From: an uncultured Armatimonadetes bacterium
GTDB lineage: Bacteria; Armatimonadota; Hebobacteria; Hebobacterales; Hebobacteraceae
Reading direction: 5' to 3'
Length of the DNA stretch: 64,000 nucleotides
Assembly (NCBI GenBank): GCA_963716175.1
Contig: OY970296.1
Span: forward strand, 1,664,001-1,728,000
Shown piece after piece: positions 29,916 through 40,641 of the stretch; the first letter of the stretch is position 1; every line of letters begins with the position of its first letter. The notes beneath the pieces are model-generated. The model was not told the origin of the DNA and did no database searches. It was given only the letters and a program-made list of their open reading frames with translations. Position numbers and translations under genes: made by a program.

Positions 29916-31328
29916 ATGAAGGAAGGCGGGATGAAGGGGCAGTTGGAGCGCCTGCGGGAGGAGGCGCTCCGGCGGCGGGTGGAGTTTGCGGAGGCCAGGT
30001 TCGCCACGGCGCGCTCCAGCAGCCTGCTGCTGCAAGACGGAAGGGCGGACCGGATGGGCACGGGGGAGCGGGCCGGGATGGGGGTGAGGGTGGTGGTGGG
30101 CGGGGCCTGGGGGTTCGCCAGCACCGAGTCCCGCGCCCTCCCGGACTGGCTCGCGTGCCTGGAGCTGGCGATCGAGATGGCGAAGGTCTCCGCGCAGCGG
30201 ATCGCCGAGCCGGTGGTGCTGGCGGAGGCGCCGGCGACGGTGGACGAGGTGAAGGCCAGCTATCAGATTGACCCCACGCAGGTTTCACTCGAGCGCAAGC
30301 TGGCGGCGGTGCGCGGGTACGAGGAAGCGTCTGCTTGCCGGGCCGGGGAGCGGGTGGCGAACGTGATGACCGGCTACAGCGATGCGCGGCAGAGCGAGAT
30401 GGTGTGCAATACCCGCGGCACGCTGGTCTCGATGGAGTCGGTGCGGACGATGGTATGGCATACCATAATCGCCCAGAATGGAGCCATCCGGCAGCGGGGT
30501 CGGGAGCTGCGCGGCCGGCAGAGCGGGTTCGAGCTGATAGAGGAAACTCCCAGCGCGGAGTTCAGCGTGAAGGCGGCCGAGCGCGCGCTGTCGCTGCTGT
30601 CGGCGCCGCCCGCGCCCGCGGGGAAGTTCCCAGCGATCTTCCACCCCTCGATCACCGGCCTGCTGGTGCACGAGGCGATCGGCCACAACACCGAGGCCGA
30701 CCTGGTGCTCGCCGGGCAGTCCATCCTGGAGGGGAAGCTGGGGACGCGGATCGCGGCGGACTGCATCACCATCGTGGATGATGCCACGGTGCCGGGGTCA
30801 TGGGGATCATATGCCTATGACTCGGAGGGGGTGGCTGGGCAGAGGCGGGTGCTGATTGAGAAAGGAGTGCTGAAAGGTCTCCTTCATTCACTGGAGACAG
30901 CCGCGCGAATGGGTGTTGCGCCCAACGGGTCGGCGCGGGCGGATGGATTCATGCATCGGCCCATCGTGCGCATGAGCAACACCATGATCCAGCCAGGGGA
31001 GGCCTCCCTGGAGGAGCTGATGAAGGACATCGAGCTGGGAATCCTGCTGCGGGGAGGGCAGTGGGGATATGTGTGGTGCGAGAAGGGGCAGTACACCTGC
31101 CATGCGGGGGAGGGGGTGATGATCCGCAACGGGCAGCTCGCCGAGCAGGTGAGGGATGTCTCGATCTCAGGGATGACGCTGGAGACGCTGGCGAACGCGC
31201 AGGGGGTGAGCCGGGATTTCGAGCTGGAGATGCCGGGGAATTGCGGGAAGAATGGGCAGAGCATGCCGGTCAATGGCGGCGGGCCCTATGTGAAGGTGAA
31301 GGAGATCGTAGTGGGAGGGCAGGGGTGA
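29916..31328 (+). CDS. tldD: TldD metalloprotease subunit
   Basis: HEAIGH (HExxxH), YDSEG, RMSNT, CGK.GQ..PV..GGP. Confidence 0.92.
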   Translation: MKEGGMKGQLERLREEALRRRVEFAEARFATARSSSLLLQDGRADRMGTGERAGMGVRVVVGGAWGFASTESRALPDWLACLELAIEMAKVSAQRIAEPVVLAEAPATVDEVKASYQIDPTQVSLERKLAAVRGYEEASACRAGERVANVMTGYSDARQSEMVCNTRGTLVSMESVRTMVWHTIIAQNGAIRQRGRELRGRQSGFELIEETPSAEFSVKAAERALSLLSAPPAPAGKFPAIFHPSITGLLVHEAIGHNTEADLVLAGQSILEGKLGTRIAADCITIVDDATVPGSWGSYAYDSEGVAGQRRVLIEKGVLKGLLHSLETAARMGVAPNGSARADGFMHRPIVRMSNTMIQPGEASLEELMKDIELGILLRGGQWGYVWCEKGQYTCHAGEGVMIRNGQLAEQVRDVSISGMTLETLANAQGVSRDFELEMPGNCGKNGQSMPVNGGGPYVKVKEIVVGGQG

Positions 31329-32647
31329 GAGACGAGCTGCTGAGGATCGCGGAGATCGCCTGCGAGGCGGCGATTCGGGCGGGGGCCGAGTTCGCGGATG
31401 CGGCGGCGGAGCGGGGTGAGGCGCGCTCGATCGCGGTGGAGCGCAATGCCATCAAGTCCAGCGACGCCCGCCGCTGGGGGGCGGTCTCGGTGCGTGCTTT
31501 CTCCAGGGGCGGAACGGGCTGGGCGAGCGCTTCCGGGATCTCTGAGGAGACGGCACGAGAGGCGGGGGCGCAGGCGGCCGGCCTCGCCCAGAACGCGGAG
31601 CCGGACCCCGACTTCGTGGACCTGGTGAGCCCGGCGGCCTACCCCGAAGTGGTGGGCCTGTACGACGAAGCGGTGGCGCAGATCGCTGGGGCGCAGTTGG
31701 CGGAATGGCTGACGGGAAATGTAGATGCCGCGCGGGCGGTAGCCGCGGAGGCGGTGGTGAGCGGAGGCGCGTCGGCCCGGTGCCGGGAGTGGGCGCTGGT
31801 GAACAGCCGTGGGGTGCGCGCCGGGCAGCGCGGGACCAGCGCGTCTCTCAGCGTGAGCGTGGTGATCCGGCGGGATGACGATGTGGGGTCATTCTACGAG
31901 TGGGATGCGGCGAGATCCCTGGCCGAGCTGGCGCCAGATGGGCTGGGGGCGAAGGCCGCCGGGGAGGCGCTGAAGTATCTGAAGAGCCGCACCCTGAGGA
32001 GCGGCACCTATCCGGTGGTGTTTGGGCCCCTGGCAGCGGGTGGTTTGTTCGGCGGCCTGTGCGGCGCGGCAAGCGCGGAGGAGGTACAGCGAAACCGCTC
32101 CTTTCTGGTGGGCAGAAAGGGAGAGCAAGTCGCCTCCGAGCAGGTGACATTGGTGGACGATCCGCTGATTGCCGGTGGGCTGGGGTCGAGCATCTGCGAT
32201 GGCGACGGGTTCCCACATCGCCGGGTGACGGTGGTCGAGCGGGGTGTGCTGAGGACCTATCTCCACAGCCATTATACGGCGAAGAAGGCCGGGGAGGAGA
32301 ATACGGGGCACTCCACCCGGGGAGGGATCGCGGGCACCAATGTCATCCCGGCCCTGGGCGAGAAGACCGCGGCCGAGATCATCGCGGAGGTGGAGGACGG
32401 GCTCTACGTCACGCTCGGCCGGCCCTACCCCGATACCGCGTCGGGCCAAGTGTCGGCTTTGGTGGATGCGGGGTTTCGTATCAAGAAAGGGAAGCTGACT
32501 TATCCTCTCAGGAACACTATGGTGGCGGGACAGGGCCTGGAGCTGCTGGCGAACATAGACGCCATCTCCTCGGACTACCGGGCGGAGCCAGGGATGGTGC
32601 TGCCGACGGTGAGGGTGCAAGGGGTGAGAGTGGCGGGAGGCGGGTAA
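31325..32647 (+). CDS. pmbA: PmbA/TldE subunit
   Basis: RSFL, DGDG, GVLRTYL, NTGH; no HExxxH; GTGA overlap with tldD. Confidence 0.88.
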   Translation: MRDELLRIAEIACEAAIRAGAEFADAAAERGEARSIAVERNAIKSSDARRWGAVSVRAFSRGGTGWASASGISEETAREAGAQAAGLAQNAEPDPDFVDLVSPAAYPEVVGLYDEAVAQIAGAQLAEWLTGNVDAARAVAAEAVVSGGASARCREWALVNSRGVRAGQRGTSASLSVSVVIRRDDDVGSFYEWDAARSLAELAPDGLGAKAAGEALKYLKSRTLRSGTYPVVFGPLAAGGLFGGLCGAASAEEVQRNRSFLVGRKGEQVASEQVTLVDDPLIAGGLGSSICDGDGFPHRRVTVVERGVLRTYLHSHYTAKKAGEENTGHSTRGGIAGTNVIPALGEKTAAEIIAEVEDGLYVTLGRPYPDTASGQVSALVDAGFRIKKGKLTYPLRNTMVAGQGLELLANIDAISSDYRAEPGMVLPTVRVQGVRVAGGG

Positions 32648-32839
32648 GAGGACAGCGATAGGCTGGGCGCATTCGAGGGGGGGAGGGGAACCCTCCCCCC
32701 CTCGATTCTTCCCACTCCCTTGTGGGAGGCAGCAGCCTGTGCCTGCGTCCGTTCGCAGGGACGGTTGTTGTGCTGGGCAGGTCGCGGATGGCTAGGCTCT
32801 GCCGCCACGGCGCCCCAACGGGCCTAGCCGCCTGGCATA

Positions 32840-33454
32840 CTATCTCTTGACCACCAGTTCTCCGTCGGGCTCTAGCGATCCACTCAAGTCCAGGTGGCCG
32901 CCGATACTGTCTACCGGCTTACCCTCTACCAGGATCTGGACTCGCGTGACGCCGGGCAGGGAGGCGAGGGTGTTGACGATGGCGTAGACGACGACGCCCT
33001 CGTGGTCGGACCCGCCCTCGAAGTTGGAGATCAGCTCGCGGCTGAAGTCCACCGTAGCGAGGCCATTCTCGACGCGCAGGCCGCCTATGGTCGTGCCTGT
33101 TGGCAGAGGCCGCTGGCAGCCGGGCGGCACTTCGCCGCCGATGAGCTCCTGCAGCGCGGCGCGGGCCGGAGCTTCGCGAGGCAGGTCGCGAGGTAAAGCA
33201 ACCAAGCGCTCTTCACCACCAACCACACGCGCGAAGTAGAGCTGTGCGCGCACACGAGGCTGGCTGCTGGCAGCAGTCGAAGTGGGATGGATGACCGGCC
33301 GAGCGGCGGGCGCACCGCGGACGCGGTGCGGGCGCGGCCTCAGATACCGAGGGTAGAGACGGGAGAAGGCCAGACCTGCGACCACCAGGGCGATGAGCAG
33401 AAGGAGAGCGACCGTGGGGCCGCGCGATTGGCGACGTCTGCGTTTGTGGCTCAT
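32840..33454 (-). CDS. GerMN domain protein
   Basis: N-terminal TM; ATVDFS...GGS...YAIVNTL...VQILVEG. Confidence 0.85.
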   Translation of the reverse strand: MSHKRRRRQSRGPTVALLLLIALVVAGLAFSRLYPRYLRPRPHRVRGAPAARPVIHPTSTAASSQPRVRAQLYFARVVGGEERLVALPRDLPREAPARAALQELIGGEVPPGCQRPLPTGTTIGGLRVENGLATVDFSRELISNFEGGSDHEGVVVYAIVNTLASLPGVTRVQILVEGKPVDSIGGHLDLSGSLEPDGELVVKR

Positions 33455-34824
33455 TCCCCTGGGGTGCTCAGCGTGGGCGCTTCAGATAGAAAACGAATCA
33501 TGCCCTGGAGTATAGCACGCGTGGCGCGCTCCCGGAAGCTGGGGTTGATCAGGCGCAGCCGGTCGCCCTCGTGGTTGATGAACGCGCTCTCCACCAGGAT
33601 GCCAGGTCCCTGGGTGCGGCGGATGACGGCGAAGTTGGCGCTCCGTATCCCTTTGTCATCAGTGCCCAGGGCCGAGATCAGCTCCTCCTGCACCAGCTTC
33701 GCCAGCTCGATGCTGTTTTCGTGATCGTAGTAGACGCTGGTGCCGCGGAGGGTGTCGGGTGTGCGGTAGGAGTTGCAGTGGATGCTGACAAAGGCGTCGG
33801 CCTTCAGCTCATTAGCCAGCGCTGCCCGGGCCTGAAGAGTGACATAGGTGTCGTCCTCGCGGGTCATGGTGACGGCCGCCCCCTCGGCCTGGAGCAGCCG
33901 GGCGAGGCGAATGCCGATGTCCAGCACAACGTCCTTTTCGAAGGGCGGCTGCGGCGGTGGCCCTGGCAGGGCGGGGGCGCCGATGTCCTTGCCTCCGTGG
34001 CCGGGGTCAACGACGATGCGCTTCCCGCGGAGCCGTGCGGCGGCATGGTAAGGCGGTGGGGGCAGGGCCCACGGCTCGGGCCCGATAGCCAGCAGCAGAT
34101 CGGGGCCGTCGGAGAAGAGAATGTAGGGCCGGGGCTGCGGCAGCTCGACTACGAGCCGGGCCACAGGGTGGCCGCAGGCAGGGGCCTGCTGGGCCATGCG
34201 CAGCTCTCGCACTGGGCCCTCGGAGAAATCCTGGCGGAAGCTGGCCGACAGCACGGCGTCGGTAAGATCGGCGTAGATGCGGGGAGGGTCATTGAGGGTG
34301 GCCTGGCGCCGGGGGAGACTGGCCGCGCCAGCGAGCCGAAGCAAGACGGTGTCGCCATCTGCCTTCACGGCCGGCGGCTGGAGCGCGACGGGACCGCGCG
34401 GGCCCAGGCTTACTATGGTCTCTCCCGGCCTGCCCTGAACCACGCGCCAGGCAGGCGGCGGGCTGGAGCCCAGGTCCAGCACCATGCGCACCTTTGCGGG
34501 GTCTGACTGGTATTGCCCGACGCGGAGCTGGCGGAGGCCGGCCGCGCCGAGATCGAAGCAGGGGGTTTGATCGGCGGCGAGGACGGCGTCAGGCACGTCG
34601 AAGACCAGGCGTGGAGGACCATCGAGGGAGAAGGACTCCAGCTCGAGGGTCCGGCTGTCGGAAGACAGGATGGCGATGGCGAGCGCGCTGCCCTCGGGCC
34701 GCACCTCGACCCGGGTGGTGGCCGCCCCCCAGGCCCCGGCCGGGGCCAGCAGCGCGGCCATGAAGAACGCGAGCAGCCATCGGCACGCCCCCAGCTCGCG
34801 GCGTAAGCAACCCTTCCCGCTCAT
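33451..34824 (-). CDS. N-acetylmuramoyl-L-alanine amidase (Amidase_3) with AMIN domains
   Basis: PPRLVFD AMIN motifs; VDPGHGG, EK, SIHCN, ILVE. Confidence 0.92.
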   Translation of the reverse strand: MSGKGCLRRELGACRWLLAFFMAALLAPAGAWGAATTRVEVRPEGSALAIAILSSDSRTLELESFSLDGPPRLVFDVPDAVLAADQTPCFDLGAAGLRQLRVGQYQSDPAKVRMVLDLGSSPPPAWRVVQGRPGETIVSLGPRGPVALQPPAVKADGDTVLLRLAGAASLPRRQATLNDPPRIYADLTDAVLSASFRQDFSEGPVRELRMAQQAPACGHPVARLVVELPQPRPYILFSDGPDLLLAIGPEPWALPPPPYHAAARLRGKRIVVDPGHGGKDIGAPALPGPPPQPPFEKDVVLDIGIRLARLLQAEGAAVTMTREDDTYVTLQARAALANELKADAFVSIHCNSYRTPDTLRGTSVYYDHENSIELAKLVQEELISALGTDDKGIRSANFAVIRRTQGPGILVESAFINHEGDRLRLINPSFRERATRAILQGMIRFLSEAPTLSTPGE

Positions 34825-34935
34825 GCTCCTGCTCCCTGGGAGTTATGCCACAAGAGGGGGCAGAAAACCAACTGAAGTCACTCCGATGCCCCCACGGGAA
34901 GGGACGGGGCCGGGGAGACGCAGAAGACGGATGCC

Positions 34936-36019
34936 ATGGCCTGGAGCATCCTGGCACGGTGGAGAGTGGACCGGGACTACTTCCGTGCCTGCCGGCTGGC
35001 GCGCGCGGGCCAGCCCGGGGAGGCGGCGAAGGCTTTCGAGCGCGTGCTGGCGGTCTACCCCAAGCACGCGCGGGCGCTGGCACAGCGGGCCCTGGCGCTG
35101 GCCGCCGCGGGGCGGGTTGGCGACGGGGTGCGGGCGGCACGCCAGGCGGCCGAGTTGGCCCCCAGGAATCACGCTCCACTGCTGTTCCTGGGGCAGATCC
35201 AATATGATGCGGGCCGGTTCGAAGAGGCGCGCAAGGCCTTCTCTGCGGCGGCGCGAGTGGATCCCGAGAATCACCTGGTGCAGGCCTACCTGGGGTTGGC
35301 GTTGCTGGCGCTGGGGCGCAGTAAGGAGGGGGCCGAGCTGGTGAAGGCGCATCTCCTGTACGCGAACGAGGGGCTGGAGGGCCGGCTGCTGGCGCTGGCG
35401 GAGCGATATCTGTGGGAGCGCCGGGATCGGGCGCGGTCGCTGGAGGATCAGCTGACAGCGGAGGAAGGTGGGGCGGATTCTCGGCCGGCCGGGCTTGATC
35501 TGCGGTTGATCTCGGCGGTCAGGGCGATGGTGCTCTTGCCTCTCGCCCTGCTGCGCGGGCGGAGGGCGAGGCTGATCCTGCGGGCCGAAGAGGCGATGTC
35601 GGTGCGGGACTTCGAGGGCGCCATCACATCGCTGCGCGCGGCGGGGGAAGCTGGGGCCGACCCGGAGTGGGTGGCCCTGTCTCTGGCCGGCGCCTACCTG
35701 CAATTGCGCAAGCCGGAGGCAGCGGCGGAGCAAGCGGGGCGGGTGTCCGAGGAGGCGCGGCGCGATCCCGGGGTGGCGATGCTGGCTGGAGAGGCGCTGT
35801 TGGGGGCGGGACGCTATGCCGAGGCGCGGGAGCCGCTCGGGACCGCGGCGGCCCGCTTCACCCGCGAGTTCGCGCCCTGCTATCTTCGGGGCCTGTGTGA
35901 GATCGCGCTGGGCCAGCCGCAGGCCGCCACCGCCTGGTTTGTGCAGGCTTGCGAGCGGCTGAACCCGCACATCGCGGAGAAGCGGTTAGAGGGAGATGGT
36001 CAGAGTAGCAGGGCGGTAG
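34936..36019 (+). CDS. Tetratricopeptide repeat protein; the true stop is probably 36019 after a 1-nt indel at ~35992
   Basis: Multiple TPR helices. The called ORF runs on into REP sequence; removing one G gives LEEMVRVAGR*. Confidence 0.75.
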
Positions 36020-36200
36020 GCTTGGTGCATTCGAGAGGGGAGGGAGGACCCTCCCCTCTCGATTCTCACCCCTCCCCTGTGGGGGGAGGGCGGCGGGCAT
36101 GCCCCTCGCTGCGTTCAGGGACATACCCGCCCTACAGACAGACGGCGCCAAGGGAAACGGGCTGACGGGGAGAATCCTCCGTTCGGCCAAAGGAGGAAGC

Positions 36201-36956
36201 ATGCCCGCGTATCGGAGAGACCGCAGTCGTGTCGAGAAGGCACTGCGCCAGTCTGGCATCGTGGTGGTGATGAACCGGGATCATGTGAAGAAGGCCGAGG
36301 ACCTGGTCATCACCATGTGGGAGGTCTACCAGGCCGGGTATGTCGCCGAGTGCACCTTCCGCATTGACCAGCCTATCATCGAGGAGGCGATGCAGGAACT
36401 GGTGAAGCGCCGCGCCGCGGCGCCGGCGGAGAAGCCGTTCGTGCTGGGGGTGGGCAGTGTGATCAACCCGAAGGAGCTGGAGGCAGCGATCGGGATGGGA
36501 TTCGATATGGTGGTGGCGCCGGCGAATGTGATGGGCGGCTATGGCAGAGGCTCGGAGTTCGTGCACTACGCCCACGCCGAGAACGTGTTCGCCGCGCCCG
36601 CAGTGCTGACACCCACCGAGCTGCAGTACTTCATCGAGCGCAACGACGGCCTGGAGCCAGACTGCGTGAAGATCTTCCCGGCCGGGGTGCATGGGCCCGC
36701 CGGCGTGGCCGATCTGCTGGCGCCGTATGTGCGGGATCGCCACCGGGGGCGGATGATCATGCCGACCGGCGGGGTGAACGCGGAGACCGGGCCGCAGTAT
36801 CAGGAAAGCATCGGCAAACGCGGCCACTTCCCCGTGCTGGGAATGTCGGCGCCGCTGGCATTGGTGGGGAAGGTGAAGAAGCCGGGTGACTTGGATACCA
36901 TCCGGCAATCGCTGGCGGAGTTCAAGGAGAAGTTCAGGCCGTACCGGCCTGCGTAG
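36201..36956 (+). CDS. KDPG/KHG aldolase-like protein
   Basis: E.TFR, GVGSV, TPTE, VKIFPA, MPTGGV; AGGAGG RBS. Confidence 0.75.
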   Translation: MPAYRRDRSRVEKALRQSGIVVVMNRDHVKKAEDLVITMWEVYQAGYVAECTFRIDQPIIEEAMQELVKRRAAAPAEKPFVLGVGSVINPKELEAAIGMGFDMVVAPANVMGGYGRGSEFVHYAHAENVFAAPAVLTPTELQYFIERNDGLEPDCVKIFPAGVHGPAGVADLLAPYVRDRHRGRMIMPTGGVNAETGPQYQESIGKRGHFPVLGMSAPLALVGKVKKPGDLDTIRQSLAEFKEKFRPYRPA

Positions 36957-36997
36957 GGATTCACCGCAGAGGCGCGGAGAACGCAGAGGGAGCTGGC

Positions 36998-37867
36998 ATG
37001 TGCAAACCCGATGACGGTCTCTTCGACATCACCGGCAAGGTAGTCGCGATCACTGGCGCGGCCGGGGTGATCTATGGCGCCATCGCCCGCGGGCTGGCGG
37101 CGCGGGGAGCGAAGGTGGCGCTGCTGGACCTGCTGGCGGACAAGGCGCAGGAGATCGCCGACCACATCAAGGCGGATGGCGGCGAGGCCATCGCGGTGGG
37201 CTGCAATGTGCTGGAGCCGGAGAGCATTCAGGCGGCCTTGGATACCATCCTCAAGGCCTTCGGTCGCGTGGATGTGCTGATCAACGGGGCCGGCGGCAAT
37301 CGCGCGGGAGCGACCGTGCCCCGTGACGGGAAGTTCACGGAGCTGGCGCTTGAGGAAGTAGACAAGGTCTTCGCGCTGAACTACAAGGGGACGTTCCTGC
37401 CGACGCAGATTTTCTGCAAGCACTTCGCCCAGCGGGGGAAGGGGGTCGTGGTGAACACCTCCTCCATGTCCGCCATCGCGCCCCTCACCAATGTGCCGGG
37501 TTATTCCAACGCCAAGGCCGCGGTGACGAATTTCACGCAATGGCTGGCGGTGCAGGTGAAAGTGGATTACCCGGAGGCCGAGATTCGGGTGAATGAGATC
37601 GCGCCCGGGTTCCTGGACACCACGCAGAACCATCGTTTGCTGTTCGAGGCCAATGACAAGACGCTGACACCGCGGGGGAGGTCTATCATCGCCAATACCC
37701 CGTTCGGGCGATTTGGGGACCCACGGGAATTGCTGGGCCCGATCCTGCTGCTGATCTCGGAGGCGGGGAGTTTTCTGCACGGCACGACGATCGCGATAGA
37801 TGGAGGATTCTCGATCTACTCCGGGGTGGGGCCCTTGGACGAGAAGAAGGCCAAAGCCGCGGGGTGA
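36998..37867 (+). CDS. SDR oxidoreductase (D-mannonate oxidoreductase UxuB-like)
   Basis: TGAAGV, LINGAGGN, YSNAKAA, NEIAPGF, QN..LL, DGGFS.YSGV. Confidence 0.85.
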   Translation: MCKPDDGLFDITGKVVAITGAAGVIYGAIARGLAARGAKVALLDLLADKAQEIADHIKADGGEAIAVGCNVLEPESIQAALDTILKAFGRVDVLINGAGGNRAGATVPRDGKFTELALEEVDKVFALNYKGTFLPTQIFCKHFAQRGKGVVVNTSSMSAIAPLTNVPGYSNAKAAVTNFTQWLAVQVKVDYPEAEIRVNEIAPGFLDTTQNHRLLFEANDKTLTPRGRSIIANTPFGRFGDPRELLGPILLLISEAGSFLHGTTIAIDGGFSIYSGVGPLDEKKAKAAG

Positions 37868-38018
37868 GCCGGGAGAACGGACTTCGCCCCGCGGGGCAGG
37901 TCGCGAACGCGCCCTACCCGGTATCTGGGGTGGGGGTCCCACGGCGAGTGTGGCGAGGAGGCGAGGGATGGCTGTTCTTCGGGATGTCTCGGGTTTGCGA
38001 TCCCGGGAGCATCCTGGC

Positions 38019-40619
38019 ATGGTGAACGGCCGGCGGGTATCCGCCTCCGGCGGATACCCGCCCTGCAGGTGGCCCGCCCTACAAGTGGCGCTGGTGATGA
38101 TCGCGCTGGCGGCAGGCCTGGTGCCGACGGCGAGCGGGGCGGTGGGGCGCGAGCTGTCGCTACGCTTTACCGCAGGGCAGTTCATGGGGTTGCGGGCGGG
38201 ACAGGAGGCCCTGCCCAGCAACGGCCTGGGCGGGTTCTACGCGCAGGTCTACCGGAACGCCACCGGCCCTAATCTGCTGCGCGAGCGCGGCCTGGAGGGA
38301 TTGCCGCGGCCCTTACCCACGGGCTTCGCGCTCGACCGCAGTGTGAGGTGGGAGGGGCACCCGACCCTCACCATCAAGCTTCCCGAGGAGAAGCTGAGCG
38401 ACTCCGGGGAGCTGGAGCTGCATGCCGACCAGGTGCAGCCGCACCGCACCTACCTGCTTCGGTTCGCGCATCGCGGGGAGCGGCTGGACGGAGCATTCCC
38501 GCCGATCCTGCATATCCGCCAGCTCGACCAGGCCGGGGAGTATGCGACACCTCAGCTCAATGTTGATCTGCTGAATGGCAGCTATGACTGGAAAGAGGAG
38601 GTGATCGCGGTCCCCGCGGTGGAGAAGGCGGCGCAGTTCGTGCTGATGCTGCATCACCCCCGGGGTATGGGGCAGTTCTGGATCGGCGAGATCACGCTCC
38701 AGGAGGTGAAGCGGCAGCCGACTCTCCCAGTGCCCGGGATGTGGGAGGGCGCGGCGCAGCCGCACTTTGCCGGCGTCATTCCGGGGACAGAGATCACTCT
38801 GGAGGCGCGGGCGCGGCCGGCGGGCAATGTCATCACCATCCAGGCCACGCTCTCGGCCCCTTCCGCTTGGCTTCGCAGCCACCCGACCGGGGTGGTGTTG
38901 AGCTTCCGGCTTCCGCTGACTGCCACCGGCTGGAGGTGGGGAGACGACCTGCGGCGGGAGCGAGAGATCGAGCGGGGGAAGAGCTACTCGCATTACCAGG
39001 TGATCGGCCGGCGCCAGTTCCGCGAAGTCTGCTACTTTCCGATGGCGGCGGTGGCCGGACCCGAGCATGGGATTGCCCTGATGCTGCCGCTCAAGCCGAC
39101 GCTGCTCTCCCGGCTGCGCTACGAGGGGGAGGGCTACCTCTGCGCCGAGTTCGACCTGGGCCTGGCGGACCGGGGGAAAGGCGAGGTGGAGAGCGTCTTC
39201 TTTTCCTTCGATGTGGTGCGGTTCGATCCGAGGTGGGGCTGGCGGAGCGCGCTGGCCGCCTACTACGCCCGCTACCCGGAGCTGTTCGCCAGCGGGGCGA
39301 AAGAGGGCGGGTGGTGGAGCGGGCCCAGCGAGCAGGTGAGGAATCTGCAGGACTTCGGCCTGCAGTATGCGGAGCAGCACTTTGCGCGGGCCGACCGAGC
39401 CAAGGCCGAGGATGAGATGGGGCTGTACACTTGCTCCTACAGCGAGCCCTGGATGTGGCGCATCTTCGTGAGCCCGGAGGATAGGCTCGCCCTCGCCAAG
39501 CCACTCAGCTTCTATCTGCCAGGCATCGAGCGCGATGCCAACCTGGCCGAGTCGGTGATGGACGACCACGATTACTGGACCGCGCCCAGGCGGGAGTCGG
39601 TGCGAGCCTTCCTGAACTCGGTGATCTTCGGGCCGGATGGCAAGTACCAGGAGAATGCGGTGCGGAGCTATGAGAGCAGCGTGATGGAGATGAACACCTC
39701 GTGCTTGCCTGGCATCCGCAGCAGGCGCTGGGGTGACATGAACCGCGGCCTGCTCTCCTATCGCTACGAGACGCTGGAGGACGCCAAGCGCTGCGCCGCG
39801 GGCGGCGCGCGACTGGATGGCGTCTACTTCGACTCGGTGGGGGATTGGTCCGACATCTCGGCGGAGGATCATCGCGCCGAGCACTTCCGGTTCGCCTCCT
39901 ATCCGCTGACTTTCAGCTATGCCACGGGCCGGCCGGTGATCTCCGGGCTGGCGGCGATGGCCGAGTACATGGAGTTCATCCGCGAGAGGAACTACGTCAC
40001 CATGGCCAACTCCGATCACGGGTATGCCGGCTATGCGGCGCCCTTTCTGGACATGATCGGGGCGGGGGAGAATATCGGCGAGGAGGCGGCCAGCGATGAG
40101 GCGCTGAGCCACGACCGGGAGATCGCCTTTCGCAAGAGCGTGAGCTTCGGCAACGCGGGGATGCTCTCGGCCTCGCCCGAGGAGGCGGAGGCACGCTTTC
40201 GGCTGCTGCTGTTCTATCATGTCTATCCAGGCATCTTCTTCTCGGGTGCGGAGTCGCTGGAGAGGGTGCGGCCGCTCTACCAGCGCTACATCCCGCTGAT
40301 GCGGGAGATGGGGGCGGCGGGGTGGGAGCCGGTGCCGTGGGCGACACTCGCGGACCCAGAGCTGTGGGTGGAGCGGTATGGGCCGGGGCCCGCAGGGCGG
40401 GCCTACTTCGCCATCCGCAACCCAGGCGAGCGGCCGCGGTCGTCGGTGCTGACGGTGGAGCCGAGCGGTTTCGCGAGACCAGTGACCTCACGCATTGTCG
40501 TGAGCGATGCCGTGAGCGGCCGCGGCATCACCTACCAGCGCTCCGCGAGCAGGCTGCTGGTGCCAGTTGAAGTAGCGGCCGGGGATACGGTGGTGGTGCG
40601 AGTGGAGTGGCCGAGGTAA
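38019..40619 (+). CDS. Secreted hypothetical protein, probably glycoside hydrolase-like with a CBM-like N-domain
   Basis: Signal peptide, jelly-roll-like N-domain, DGVYFDS TIM-barrel-like motif; sugar catabolism context. Confidence 0.55.
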   Translation: MVNGRRVSASGGYPPCRWPALQVALVMIALAAGLVPTASGAVGRELSLRFTAGQFMGLRAGQEALPSNGLGGFYAQVYRNATGPNLLRERGLEGLPRPLPTGFALDRSVRWEGHPTLTIKLPEEKLSDSGELELHADQVQPHRTYLLRFAHRGERLDGAFPPILHIRQLDQAGEYATPQLNVDLLNGSYDWKEEVIAVPAVEKAAQFVLMLHHPRGMGQFWIGEITLQEVKRQPTLPVPGMWEGAAQPHFAGVIPGTEITLEARARPAGNVITIQATLSAPSAWLRSHPTGVVLSFRLPLTATGWRWGDDLRREREIERGKSYSHYQVIGRRQFREVCYFPMAAVAGPEHGIALMLPLKPTLLSRLRYEGEGYLCAEFDLGLADRGKGEVESVFFSFDVVRFDPRWGWRSALAAYYARYPELFASGAKEGGWWSGPSEQVRNLQDFGLQYAEQHFARADRAKAEDEMGLYTCSYSEPWMWRIFVSPEDRLALAKPLSFYLPGIERDANLAESVMDDHDYWTAPRRESVRAFLNSVIFGPDGKYQENAVRSYESSVMEMNTSCLPGIRSRRWGDMNRGLLSYRYETLEDAKRCAAGGARLDGVYFDSVGDWSDISAEDHRAEHFRFASYPLTFSYATGRPVISGLAAMAEYMEFIRERNYVTMANSDHGYAGYAAPFLDMIGAGENIGEEAASDEALSHDREIAFRKSVSFGNAGMLSASPEEAEARFRLLLFYHVYPGIFFSGAESLERVRPLYQRYIPLMREMGAAGWEPVPWATLADPELWVERYGPGPAGRAYFAIRNPGERPRSSVLTVEPSGFARPVTSRIVVSDAVSGRGITYQRSASRLLVPVEVAAGDTVVVRVEWPR

Positions 40620-40641
40620 GTGCGCAAGGAGGAGGTCGCAA

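Noticed and set aside
29916-32647. tldD-pmbA as part of a RiPP biosynthetic cluster
   Set aside because: No YcaO, radical SAM, lanthionine synthetase, transporter or precursor adjacent.
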